Below, in pieces: positions 13,001 through 25,000 of a DNA stretch of 64,000 nucleotides. This stretch comes from Setoptus koraiensis (lineage: Eukaryota > Animalia > Arthropoda): the NCBI GenBank assembly GCA_048013815.1, contig CM106586.1, positions 23,250,001 through 23,314,000 on the forward strand, given 5' to 3'. The position numbers and the translations under genes were made by a program. How positions within the stretch are numbered: the stretch's first letter is position 1; each line of letters begins with the position of its first letter. Below the pieces are notes generated by a model that was not told where the DNA came from, made no database searches, and worked only from the letters and a program-made list of their open reading frames with translations.

Positions 13001-16000
13001 TTTGACGTCGCTGTAGTCGGCGGGCCAACTAGACGGGGCCGGCTGTACAACAATTAAGTGTGTGTGTGTGTTGTACGGTTTGTGACGCAACTGACACGGG
13101 CAAACTTCACGGGCAATATAGATCATGCACGGGCCACCAAGGTCAATTGTCATCAGTTCAGTTGGCTCCACTCTTTTGCTCGCTCTCTGTCTCGGCTGTT
13201 GCGGCTTTTTGGCTGCGTCCACACTAATTTGAATGGCGCTTGTCGTGGTTGGTCCAATCTGAGAGCGCGGGACTAATTTAAAACAGTCAACAGCTATGAA
13301 ATTATCGGCTGCCGACAACTGCGCTTGTCCGCGCAATTTGCTTGGCCCGTTCTTTTTCGCTGACAAGCGAGCTAAAAGGAATGCTCCTCATCAGTGTTTG
13401 CTAATTAAGTGGGCGTCGGAGCCGGCGCGATACCCGCCCGCCCGCCCGCGCCAAATGGCTCGCTTGCCAGCCAGCTCGTGCCAGTCAGCTGATCGCTAGC
13501 TCGTGACGCTATTCGCTGGCGGCTCTAGCCGGCTCCCCACAATTCTGGTGCCAGTTCTCCAGTGCACAGATACACGAGTGAGAGTATCGCTAAGCTGCAT
13601 AGATGGAGCCCCAGGCTGGCTGAAACGGGGCCCAGATGAGCGCCTCTCCGAAGGGGGGATATTCATGCGTAATGGGTTATCAGTTGTTCGCTTTCAGTCA
13701 GTTTCACCCGTCGGCTTGTCAGCTGCAACTACATTCTGCCGAGGCAACTATAGGGGGCCCGACACATGAGCCATCTATTCACTTGTTCGCGGCCGCTCGC
13801 GCCAAGTGACAGTGGCAGCCCCGGCGCAATGTTAGGCTGCAAGTGCCAACGGGGCCCCATATCAGTGCCACATCAGCGTTGCATATTGTCCATTATGGCG
13901 ACACGACCACTCTGTCTGTAACACAGTCTGTCGGTTCGCTGGGCCGACTGCCGGCGATGCCGAGAAACACAGTTGTTGGCTGTAGACAGAGTTTAAAGGG
14001 CACCGAGGAGAGGCCAAATCTTGGCTGGTGCTGCTGCAGCCGCCGCTTATCTTGGCCGATTACACTGACATCACGACCAGGCGACTGGTGTCATCAACTG
14101 AAACTAGAAATAATAGTCTAAATAAGAAGATTAGCGGGCCCCGTTGCATCGATTTAGTTATAGACAATAAAGATATACTAAAGTAGGCAGTGCTGCGACC
14201 AAATGGACTGGCGCGCGACACTCGGTTGCGTAACACGACAAATGATGATTGTACAACATGACACGATGATTACTAGTGGCCCACTAATTAGGTCGCGGGC
14301 GCTTCTGGCGCCGGTTACATAACTGGGGTGCGCCGCTGGTGCTAGTGTATCGCTCACAATCAGTCAGTTGTTTGTCGTTGGCCAGACAAAGCCTGGTCAC
14401 AAAGTCTGGTCTGGTCTGGTTCGGTGTGTTGGCGCGAGGCGCCCCGCATGCAAGTGACAGAAGTGAACTAACCAAGCTAAATGGTTCACTAACTGGTGCA
14501 AATGCTCTCATGTGGCGCCCGTGCGCCACTAGTGGTCGTTTGCAAAAACAACTACTGCCACTGCTACTTGTGTGTATCTATCTGATCGTTAGCCGAGAGC
14601 GGGCTTGCCGAGATGACAGTTGCACAACAGTAATAACAGTTACGACAAACACACACAGTTGCGTAACATGGTGACTCGAGTCACCATGTTACGCAACTAA
14701 CGTAACCTCGACAAGTGCGACTGGCCAACTGGACCGCACACTGGCCAGCGTGCGCCACTGACACCAGTCGAGACTGCGACCGCGGGGCCTCATTCAACGG
14801 CGTCTGACCGGCGCTGTTTGCCAGTGGCGATACAAGTCGGCGGCACAAGTAGCGCCGTTTGCAGCAAGTGGCCAGCGATGGCGAGAATTATGATAGAGAG
14901 TAAATATCTCCTCTGTAAATATCTGGCCCACTGGCCGTGTGTGCATACTATGCATCGCATACTGCACACATTGTACACTGCACACTGTATAGGTAACTTA
15001 TTATCGGCATAACTCCACTTGCTATTCACGAGCGCACGACACACGACAAGTGGGCACACACCATTGGCAAATCCGATTGGTGGGGCCTCTTTCTGGGGCG
15101 CCACCGATCGCCGCGCTCGCCGTCGATTCGCTTCGCTTCGTTTTGTCGTGATTGTTGCTCGCTCGGTTCGCTTCTTTCAGTTGTGTGCGTTCTTCTGTTT
15201 GCTGGCTGGTCGCTGGCTGGTTGCTGGCTGGATATTTGCCAGCCAGCGCCACGTGAACCATCCGAGGCTCAATGGCCTGGCAAGCGACCGGATGAGCGGC
15301 CAAAAATCAATTCCATCAATGGCACAATGACGCGAGCAACCGAGCACAGACAATGAATCAAATGAAATGAAAACACACGCACACACTGCTTAGGAGCACC
15401 ACAAATATCCACTCACTGGACACTGGCTGGCTTTGGCCGGTCGGCCTGCGTTTCTGTGGCTGTCAGCGCATGTTTTTGGGGGCCGCGTCCATGCCTGGCC
15501 AGCGACAACAACAACACCGACAACGACAACAACACCGACTGTGCCCAAGGATGACAATGTTGTCGTTGCCGTACGTGTTTGTTTGCTCGTCGCTTGCTGT
15601 CACTGGCTGGCCAAACAACATTTAATAAATATAATATGTTGTTGGTTTGAGAGCGGCCCAATAACGCCGCGCAGAGCACACACGAGGCAGTTTAGAGCGC
15701 ACTCGATATGAGTCGTTATTTGGGGCCCCGTTTGGGGTCAATAAGACAACACCTAACAATAACTAACGGTGCCCAGATGGGCGCACATGAGCAGTATGTA
15801 TGTGAGTCACACACACACACACTCGCTGCTAGTGGATGCAATAAACGGGTGGATAAAATGCGAGCAGCGTCTCCACTGGCACAAGCCCACGCTCATTGTG
15901 CATACGCGCATAATCTGGGCCAATATTCCAGAGCGCAGAGACAATCCAGACAGTGACTGCGCCCTGCGCGAACCCCCGCGCACCGGTGAGCCGGCACAAC

Positions 16001-19000
16001 CGGAAACGCTGCATATTATCGGCATACGGCATGATCGATGGAGCTCGTTTTGGCTCTTTTGGCGAGCTGCCGAGTGGCGATCTGCCGAGAGGCGTGCTCT
16101 TGTTACGCAACAGCACAAGCGCGAGTCGTTGTGCATAATGGGCACGCCGGACGCCGGCATTTATTCTACAGCTACGCCACACAGGTGAGTCGCTGCACGC
16201 GGATAGTCGTGTGCGTTTGTGGGGCGATAGAGGCCCGATGGTGACACTGTGACGCCCGCGAGCGCATTCATTGTGTGTCAGCAAGCGCAAACGGCGCGAG
16301 CGACACGACCGACGCTGGCGGCACGAGCAAGCCCGGTGGCCGCGCAAATCGTCGAGCCGCCCTATAAGTTACAAATGTGAGTCAATGAGCTTGATAGATC
16401 ATTGCCAACAATCGGCCAACAATTGACCGACAGTCAACCGACAGCAGACCGACAGTGGACCGATAGTGGACCGACAGTCGGCCAACAGTCGGCCGACAGT
16501 GGGCCGATAGCGGGCCGATGGTCGCCACCGGCAACCGGCACAAGTGATGCGCAACTGTCATCATGGAAGTCACGTGGAACGACACGCTGCGTCGACGTAT
16601 GACGATCGTTGGGGCCACTGGGGCCGCCAACAATCGCGCACTGGGCCGAAGAGTGAAAGTGACGACAGAAGACCTGTACTGACCGCTGCTGCTAGCCACT
16701 TTGTTTTGGCCTGCTTAGGCACAATCGACTTGACCCTGTCCGCTGCTTCTGACGCTTCGTCGCCGGCCTCTTCTACGGCTGATTGGCTGTTCTGTTGCGC
16801 CGATTGTTGGCTTGCTGTTGCTTCGTGATCTTGCTGCTGCTGTTGCTGCTGCTGTTTGTTGTGGTCTTGATTGGCGCCCACGGCTAAAAACACAGAACTG
16901 GCCACTAGGTCGAATGAGTTGCACATGGATTCGTTTAATTCTTGCACGGAACACAAAACTTTGCCGGGCTGTTGCTGCTGGTGCAAATTAACCGCCGTGA
17001 CTGCCTGCGAGCCGGCCATTTCCGCTGCCGGCGATTGCTGCTGTTGCGGTTGTTTGTTGGCGCGCGCAAGGCTGGCACGACCGTACTGTAGACGCTCGCG
17101 CATGATTCCGCCGAATTTGTTTTGAAATTTGCCGCCATTGTGGGCCCCCCCGAGCGCATTAGTGTCTTCATTAGACGGCGCTGACAGTTTGCTGTTGTTG
17201 TTGTTGTTGTTTGTTTCTGCACACTGATCGTTGCTCGGCGACGACAGCCCCCCGTTCGCCTGCTGGTTGAGCTTGCCAGTTTGCTGTTGTTGTTGTTGCT
17301 GCTGCTGACTGACGGAGCTGTGGTCGCTGAAGCCCGAGTCGCCCGACGCGTTGTTGTTGATTGAATTGGTCGTGCCATTAGCTGCGTTGTTGTTGTTGTA
17401 ACCCGACGCCTGCTGACACGCCGCCGACGATGACAAACCTGAATTGTGATGGTGGTGAACGTCGCCAGGTTGCAAATAATTAGCGTCGGGTAGCGCCTGT
17501 TTTGCGCGCATCGATTCCGACGGAGCGTCGCTGTCTGGGGTCGCTGCCACTTCCGGTTGCAGCTGTATCTCGCCCTGTCGGTCGATCTGTGACAGTTTAG
17601 ATCGACGAAAGCTCTCAAGGCGCCGACTGCGCCTACTGTCGCTTTGGCCAGACTGATCGGTTGCCGCGAGCGCCTGTTTGTGTTGCTGGTGCTGCTGTTG
17701 TTGTTGCCGGTGGTGGTGGCGCTGATGATCGTCATTGTCCATGTTGTTGATGAAATACTGATCTTGTTGTTGTTGTTGTTGTTCAGTGATGCCGCTGTTG
17801 TTGGCGTCGTCGGGCTCGTTGTCGCTCGACGGCGTTGTCGAGCCGTCATCGTCATCGTCGTCGTCGTCATAATTGTTGTTGTAACTGTCTAAATGGCTTG
17901 TGTGTGAGCCATTAGTCGTTCGCTGTTGTTTGTAGTCTTTTTTGTTGGTGCGCCCATTTTGCCTACGTGGCCGATACACTCTCACCGTTCTGTCAACAGC
18001 AACGTTGCAACGTGAGCCCTTGTTGTCGCTGTTATCTAACGCTGGCTCACTGACGTTGTTTGTCATTAGCGCCCCCTTGCCGCCGCCGCTACCTTGATCA
18101 GCCTGGTGATTAGCGCCAGACCCATTAGGCACGCTGGCGAACCCGCCACAGGAAGCTGGTCGGCCACTTCCGCTGGCGGCTCTGTCCACCGTGGCCGGCT
18201 GCTCGGGCTGCTGCTGCTGCGAATGCAACTGAGATTGTTGCGACTGCTGCGACTGAATTGATTGCTGCAGTTGATTAAACGTTGTCGATAACGAGAAGCT
18301 TTGTATCAATCTGCTCGCTTTCGTCAATGTTGTTGTCTGATCGGTGGCGGCTGAAGGGGGCGCTTGTTTGGCGCTGTAACTGCCGTTGCAGTTTGGCATG
18401 GCGCGGCTGCCGCACTCGCTGTTGCTACGATTGTTTGCGGCCAGCTTGCCATTGAGCCTATTGGCGGATTGGCGCTGCGAATTGTCGGCCGACGAACGAC
18501 CGGCCACTTCCGGTGCCAGATCGGAGCTAAGTGAGGGCGTCGCTGATGCTTGCTTATTCTTGAATATGATCATTTGCAGAGGTGACGATCTCTGTTGCAG
18601 CAGTTGCTGCTGCTGGCTAATGAGCGAGCCATTGTTGTTCGCCGAACAATTAGCCGTTGTGGGCGTCGCATTTATGGCCGAGCTAGATCTATTGTACAGG
18701 CTGCCAAAGGGACTGGCCAGGCCCGTGAAGAAGCGCCCAAGACTCGAATTGGACCCATGCAAGCTGCTGCTGCTGTTGGCGGCCGCCTCTGACGCAATTG
18801 CGCCGCAGGGGCCCCCCTGAGATGGCGACGGCGACGGCGATGATGCGGCATAATTGTTGGTTACGTAATCGCTGTTGCAATTGGTTGTGGCTGTTGCGAC
18901 AACATCATCATCAGCAGCAGCGGCTGCAGCGGCCGCGGCCGCCGCGGACAGGTTGCAGCCATCAATTGACGAGGGCTCCACAATGGTGCTCAAGCGGCGC

Positions 19001-22000
19001 TCTTGCTCCGCATCCAAACTCATCTGGCGTCTAGTTGATGCAGCGGTCAAGTTGTCCGCATCGAGCAGTTGTTGCTGTTGTTGTTGCTGGCTTGCTGGTT
19101 GATGTTGTAGGCTGTTGAATGAGCTCGACGTTGCGGACGCCGAAGATGCGCCAGCTAAATGGTGGCGCCCCGATGAATGATAACTAGTGTCGATTTGATT
19201 TGTTGATGATGACGTAATTGAGGTAAACTTGTTAAGCAAGGAAATAGCACTGCCGCTAACACTGCTCGCGGCCGCCAGGGGACTGGCAGAACCGGCCCTC
19301 TTGTTGCAAGCGGGCGCTTGTCTGTTATTATCGCCGGCCGCGCTTATTTGGCGAGCCGGCTGGCCCGTGCTGCTAGCGTGAGCTGCGGGCTGATGCTGCT
19401 GCTGCACACCGCAAATTGATTGATTGCTGCCCGCTAGACTGGATTGGCCCGGCAAACTGCCGAAAATACCCGTGCGCACACCTCCGAATACCGTTTGGGT
19501 GATGGACGAAAAGATGCTAGTCGAGGGGGTCTGCTGCTGCTGTTGTTGCTGTTGTTGTTGTTGTTGTTGCTGCTGTTGCGGTTGTTGTTGCTGTTGTTGC
19601 GGTTGCTGTTGCGGTTGTTGTGATTGTTGCGGTTGCGGCTGCTGTTGATGCCTTAATTGCTGCTCATCCGAAGACGAATGGGACGACAGCCGGCACTCTT
19701 GCTGTTTGGTGTGCGGCTGAAAACTGGCTGCCGCGCCGCCGTCCGACGAAACGCTCTGATTGCGAACAGTCTGGCTCAGCAGCTCGTGATACGATTTGTC
19801 TAGCTGCTCCACTAGCGATTGCAACTTTTGGTAGCTCTCGAACGAGGTCTGAGTGGAGCGCGACTCCAGTACGGGCCGGCCCGTCTCGTTATCGGCGGCT
19901 ATCACAACCGGTGACAATGACGAGCGCGTAACAAGACCGGATTTGCATTGATCTGAATGATCAGTGTGATTGCGTTGATTGGTTTGTGTCTCTGGCTGAA
20001 TGTCGTCGGTGGCGTCAGTGGGCGCTGTTTGGTGCATGTCAGCGTTAATATCACCACTGTTTTGCTGTTGATCATCGTGGCTGTCGCTGGCCGGCAGCAA
20101 CTGCACCGAGCAGCGCCCATACGTTTCAGCAGCCATAACTCCATTGTCACTATCAGATGATTGACGCTTCTCATCATGGCGGCCAGGTGACAAATTGCTT
20201 AATTGCTCATTAACGACCACATCGACTCGTTCCAAATCACCGCTGTCGGCTGTGTCACAGCGTTCGTCGTCGTCGTCGTAATTGCCTGCTATTGCCAAAT
20301 TGTTTTTAGCTACTGTTACGTCATCATTGTCGTGGGCCAACAAAGCTTTGCTGTTGCGTGTGTCGTCTGTTGTTGTCGTTGCTGCCGTTGTTGTTGTTGT
20401 TGTTGTGGCTGTTGTTGTAATGCAGTTGCCACTGTTATCGGCCGCGTTGTTGGTGTTGCCGAAGTCGTCGTCATGGTCGTAATAGTCGTTGCTGTCACTT
20501 TGACTAGTTGTGTGCAGCAACGTTGCTCGCTGTTGGCTGTCGCAGTCTAACAGCGACCAGCGATTGGCATTTGGGGCGCACGTTATGTAATCGCCGGCCT
20601 GGCTCGTCGGTGCTCGGCTTTGTTTACTCAGATTGTCCTTGTTTGTCGACAATTCGTACAACAGAGGGCCGCCAGTCGACGGTTTAATATCGCACGACAC
20701 GGTGTTGTCTGTTTGGTTGTTGTTGCTGTTGCACGACGTTACAACACTTGCCAATTGATAACGATTGCTGCTTAGGCTGCTGCTGCTGCTGTTTGTTGCG
20801 CTAAATTGTTGATGCGCCGAACCGTTCAATTTGTCAAACAATCTCTGCTGATCGTCCGAGCTAATCTGACGCTCCAACGATGCCTTGGCCAACAGCGACT
20901 CGCACGAGGCCGTCATGGTGCTGTCTGGCGGCTCGTTGTTGCTGTCGCTGCCGATGGGCAAATCCGAATTTGCATCCGACGTTCGCTTGATGTTTGAGCC
21001 CAATTGCTGCTCGCCAACTAATTGTTGCTGCTCGTCCGAGGTGGCCGGCTCGGCCAACTGCGCCGCGTCGGCCTCCTTCTCTTGACATTTATCGCCCGCA
21101 GAGGGGCCGCCACTAAAATATTCATCGTCTGACGGCTTCGTTTCATTGTGCTGCTGCTGCTGTTGTTGTTGCTGGTGATGATCGTGCTCGAGCAACTGAT
21201 GCCCGTCCAGCTCGTCGTGGGATATGGGCACCTCGACCGGCCTGCTGCGCTTCAGGCTGCCCTTGGCGCTGCGCACGAAGGCCCGGGGCCGCTCGGGTAT
21301 CTGTGATTGTTGCCTATCTGCTGGCTGCTGTTCGAGCGGTTGTTGTTGTTGCTGCTGCTGTTGCTGCTGATCGGTGGATTTGTGGGCGTGATGTGCGCCC
21401 GCTTGACCTCTGGCGCCAGCGTCGAGGCCCGGCGAGGGGTGCGCGCCTTGCGGGGATCCGCTTGCACCGAGCTCGTCGTCGGGCGCCGTTTTATCGCCCT
21501 TTTGACCCAGTTGATGATCGTTTAGAGGGCCCGAATTGATTGAACAATCGCCGCTAGTTGGGCGCTGTTGTTTTATGGTTGTTGCTGTTGTTGTATCACT
21601 ATTGAATGGGCTCATTATATCTGTTGTATTATCTACATCCATGTTCTTTATCATACTTTGGCGATCTAATTGCGCCGGGCCGCCGCTACAATTGACGCCG
21701 TCCGACTCGAGTCTCGTCAATTTATTGCCTGCCGTCCAAGGGTCGCTGGTTGGGCTCGCCATCACAACATTATCACTGCAGCCGCCATACTGCTGCTGCT
21801 GGCGAAGAAATTGCCTCTCGAGTTGACTCAGTTGGTCAAATTGCTCATCTAATCTATCGCGGCGCTCTTGCGGCGAGCACTGATAGTTGCCGGGGCCCAC
21901 CATTAATCCAGATTGATGATGATGATCGACCTTACGGTCGCCAGTTGCATCTGTGGCCGAATGTTGTTGTTGTAGTTGTTGTTGTAGTTGTTGTTGTTGT

Positions 22001-25000
22001 TGTTGTTGTTGCAGTTGTTGTTGCTGCTGCTGTTGTCGTTGCTGCTGATTGGCGCTCAAAATAAGCTGATCCTGCTCGTAATTCAATGACAGCGACAACG
22101 ATTCACTGTAAACACTTCGGTAGCTATAAATAGGCGCCGTGCTTGCGCTGTACAATTGCGCCGACGGATGCCGGGGCAACTGGGACCTGTTGTAGGCGGC
22201 CGATTGGGGCGAATTATCAATTATAACGGTTCTGTGGCATCGATGCGGCGACACAAGCGCCTGCGACAGGCTCGGTCCGCACCGCTCCGGGTCGCCGCTC
22301 ACAAGCTGCTGGCGCTGCTGCCGGCCGGCCGACACAGACACGGGCCGGTTGTGCGGCCAGTTTGGGCCCGCCGCCGTCAAGCTGTCCGCCATTGGTGGGT
22401 GCCTGGCGTGCCCCCTAGCGGAGCTGGCCCTCTGGCCGTGGGGGTACCTGGCGGTGGCGTCGTAGCCGGCCGACTGCTGCTGCCCCCAGCAGGATGGCGA
22501 TATTGTTGCTGTCGATGGACCATTGTTGAGATGATCTGTCATTTGTAAATGATGGCGGCTGGCAAGTGGTCTGAGTGGGGCCAATTGTGTTGTTTGTTCA
22601 CAAATTGAATTACCACTGCAATCTATTCTATCACTGGCAGCAGTTGTGTGGTTGTTGTTGTTGTTGTTGTGCGTTTGCAACAAATAACCATCATCACCCA
22701 TCACAGCATTGTTGTTGACGTTCAACGAGTGCCGCTTGATAAAGTTGTCATGGTGATTAATCATCGCTATTGAATTGGACCGATATTGCTGGTGACCTTG
22801 ATGGATGGATCGCGGCGAGTCGAAATAATCGCCAAGACCGACCATTGATGGATCGCGGATAAACGCACTGTTATTTTGGCGTTGGTGCTGCTGCCTCTGC
22901 TGTTGTTGTTGCTGGTGTAGTTGTTGTTGGTGCAGTTGCTGTTGTTGTGGGTGCAGTTGCTGGTGCAGTTGCAGCGGATCAATGGCGGATGAATGGTGCG
23001 CGGCGGCCAGCTCCAGGGGAACCTCCAATCTGGAAATATGCGACATGTTAAACAGCAGATCGTTTTGTCGTCGCTGCTGCTGCTCCCGTTCTCGCTGTTG
23101 TTGTTGCTGTTGTTGCTGTTGTAGTTGTTGCTGCTGTAGTTGTTGTTGCTGCTGTAATTGTTGTTGCGCAATAACCAGCGAATCACTATTGTTGTCTGTG
23201 TCGTCTGCGCAAATCAGGGAAGCAGGTGAAACGCGCAAACGAAGGTCGCCAGATTTCATAAGGTTTCGTTGTTGTGTTTGTTGTTGTTGCTGCTGTTGTA
23301 TTTGCAGTTGCATTGAATAATTGTTGTTGCCACCGTTGTTGATGTTGTTGTTGGTGCTGCTGTCGTTGCCGTTGTTGTTGAATGTGGCAGAATTGTCAGT
23401 CAATAAACCTGCGCCTGCATCATTTTTTGCGTGCAAATCGGCCAGCTTGCCGCCACCGATTGTCAGTGGATTGTTGTTTGCAGTGGCGGCCATTTGCTGC
23501 TGATAGCGATCCGATTGGCCCAAATCGTTGTAGCAAAAGCGGGACGACGACAGCATGCTCGTTATCGTGTTTGAGCCGCTCTGATTGCGCAATTGCTGCT
23601 GCTGTTGCTGCTGGATGGCCACATTTACGCTACGTCTATCACCTGTGGTGGCGGTTGTTGTCGTTGCTCTGTTGGCGCTCACAATCTGCGACTGATGCAC
23701 CTGACGCAATTGATTCAACAGCAACTCAATCTGATACAGCTCCTTCGTGACCTCTATGTACTCGTGTCTGGTCATCATGATGCTATTAGCGTTATTATTT
23801 GGCATTTGTTTATTGAATGATGCAATCATCAAATTATTATTATCACGTTGCCTGCTGCTGTCAATTGTGGCAAGCTGCGACTCGATGCTGCTGCCCGGTG
23901 CCGCTCCGATTGACGACCACGCAATAGAGAGCTGGGACTCGATGCGAGCTATGCGCTCAGTTAGATCTAAGGCATTATTTTGGCTTGACTGGCCGGCCAA
24001 ATTTGTTTGTTTTTGTTGGTGCTGTTGCTGCAAATTGTTGCAGTTGGCCCTTGTTGTTGCTGTTGTTGTTTTCATGATCACAGAGTCCCTTAACTCACTT
24101 AATGGTTGCAAATGATGGCCGGTAAGACATGTGGACAATTGCTGCTGCTGCTGGTGCGGTTGAGGTGGCGCTTGTGAATTAATGGTCGTTGTTGGTGTGG
24201 CAGACGAGTGGTCGTCGTCATCACATAATATTGTGGCACTTGTCACATTGTAATCACTATTATTCTTGCTGGCTGGATAATGGAGCTGATGAGACGAACG
24301 CGCATCATTGTAATAACGGCAATAATGCTGGTCGTGCTGCCCGCTCGTGCAATTATCATTATCGAATTGATCAAAACTCTTAAAACATTGCGACTGGCTA
24401 GACAAGGTTGCTGCTATTCGGTGGCGCCTACGATCACTCAAATACTGGTCGTGGGCACCGTGATACGGGGACCCCTCGCCCGATTGCAAGTGGCGCCTGT
24501 TCATGGCGCCACTGGCACCGGTTACTCGGTCGGGCGCAGACGATGGCCGGCTGCTGGGCTGGCCGCTTGCAGCGGCCGGACAAAAATCTTGGCCGCCGCT
24601 GTTGTTGTTGCTGTTGTTGGTCGGCCTCATCACCGCGGTTCGATGATGTAAAACTGAAGGCAAAACTCGCTGTGAATGGTGCTTGATCAATTGTCTTTGG
24701 TTTATTGTGCAACAGGAAGCGTTAATTGAGTGGGGCTCGTCGTCGTCGTCGTCTGCTTTTATTTCCTCAATTGTTTTGTTTGTGCGACAGTGGTTGTTGT
24801 TGTTGTGCTCTATATCACATGATTCAGACCAATTTAACGGGCTATCACTCAGCAATGCCCTGTCCATACTGCCGTCATTGGCGTCATAATCGTGCTGGCC
24901 GGCGGCGTACGATCCAACGGGGTACGACGCTGGACTGACCGTTTGTCTGTCGGCCAACATCCAGCTCTTTTGTCGTTGTTGCTGGTCTCTGTCGCTGTCA

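Noticed and set aside
16570-16683. C-terminal 38 codons of the 2962-aa track ORF as a real terminus of a stand-alone gene
   Set aside because: They lie after a plausible phase-0 donor that matches the unc-13 core acceptor, so they are more likely intron read-through. Not excluded as a minor isoform.
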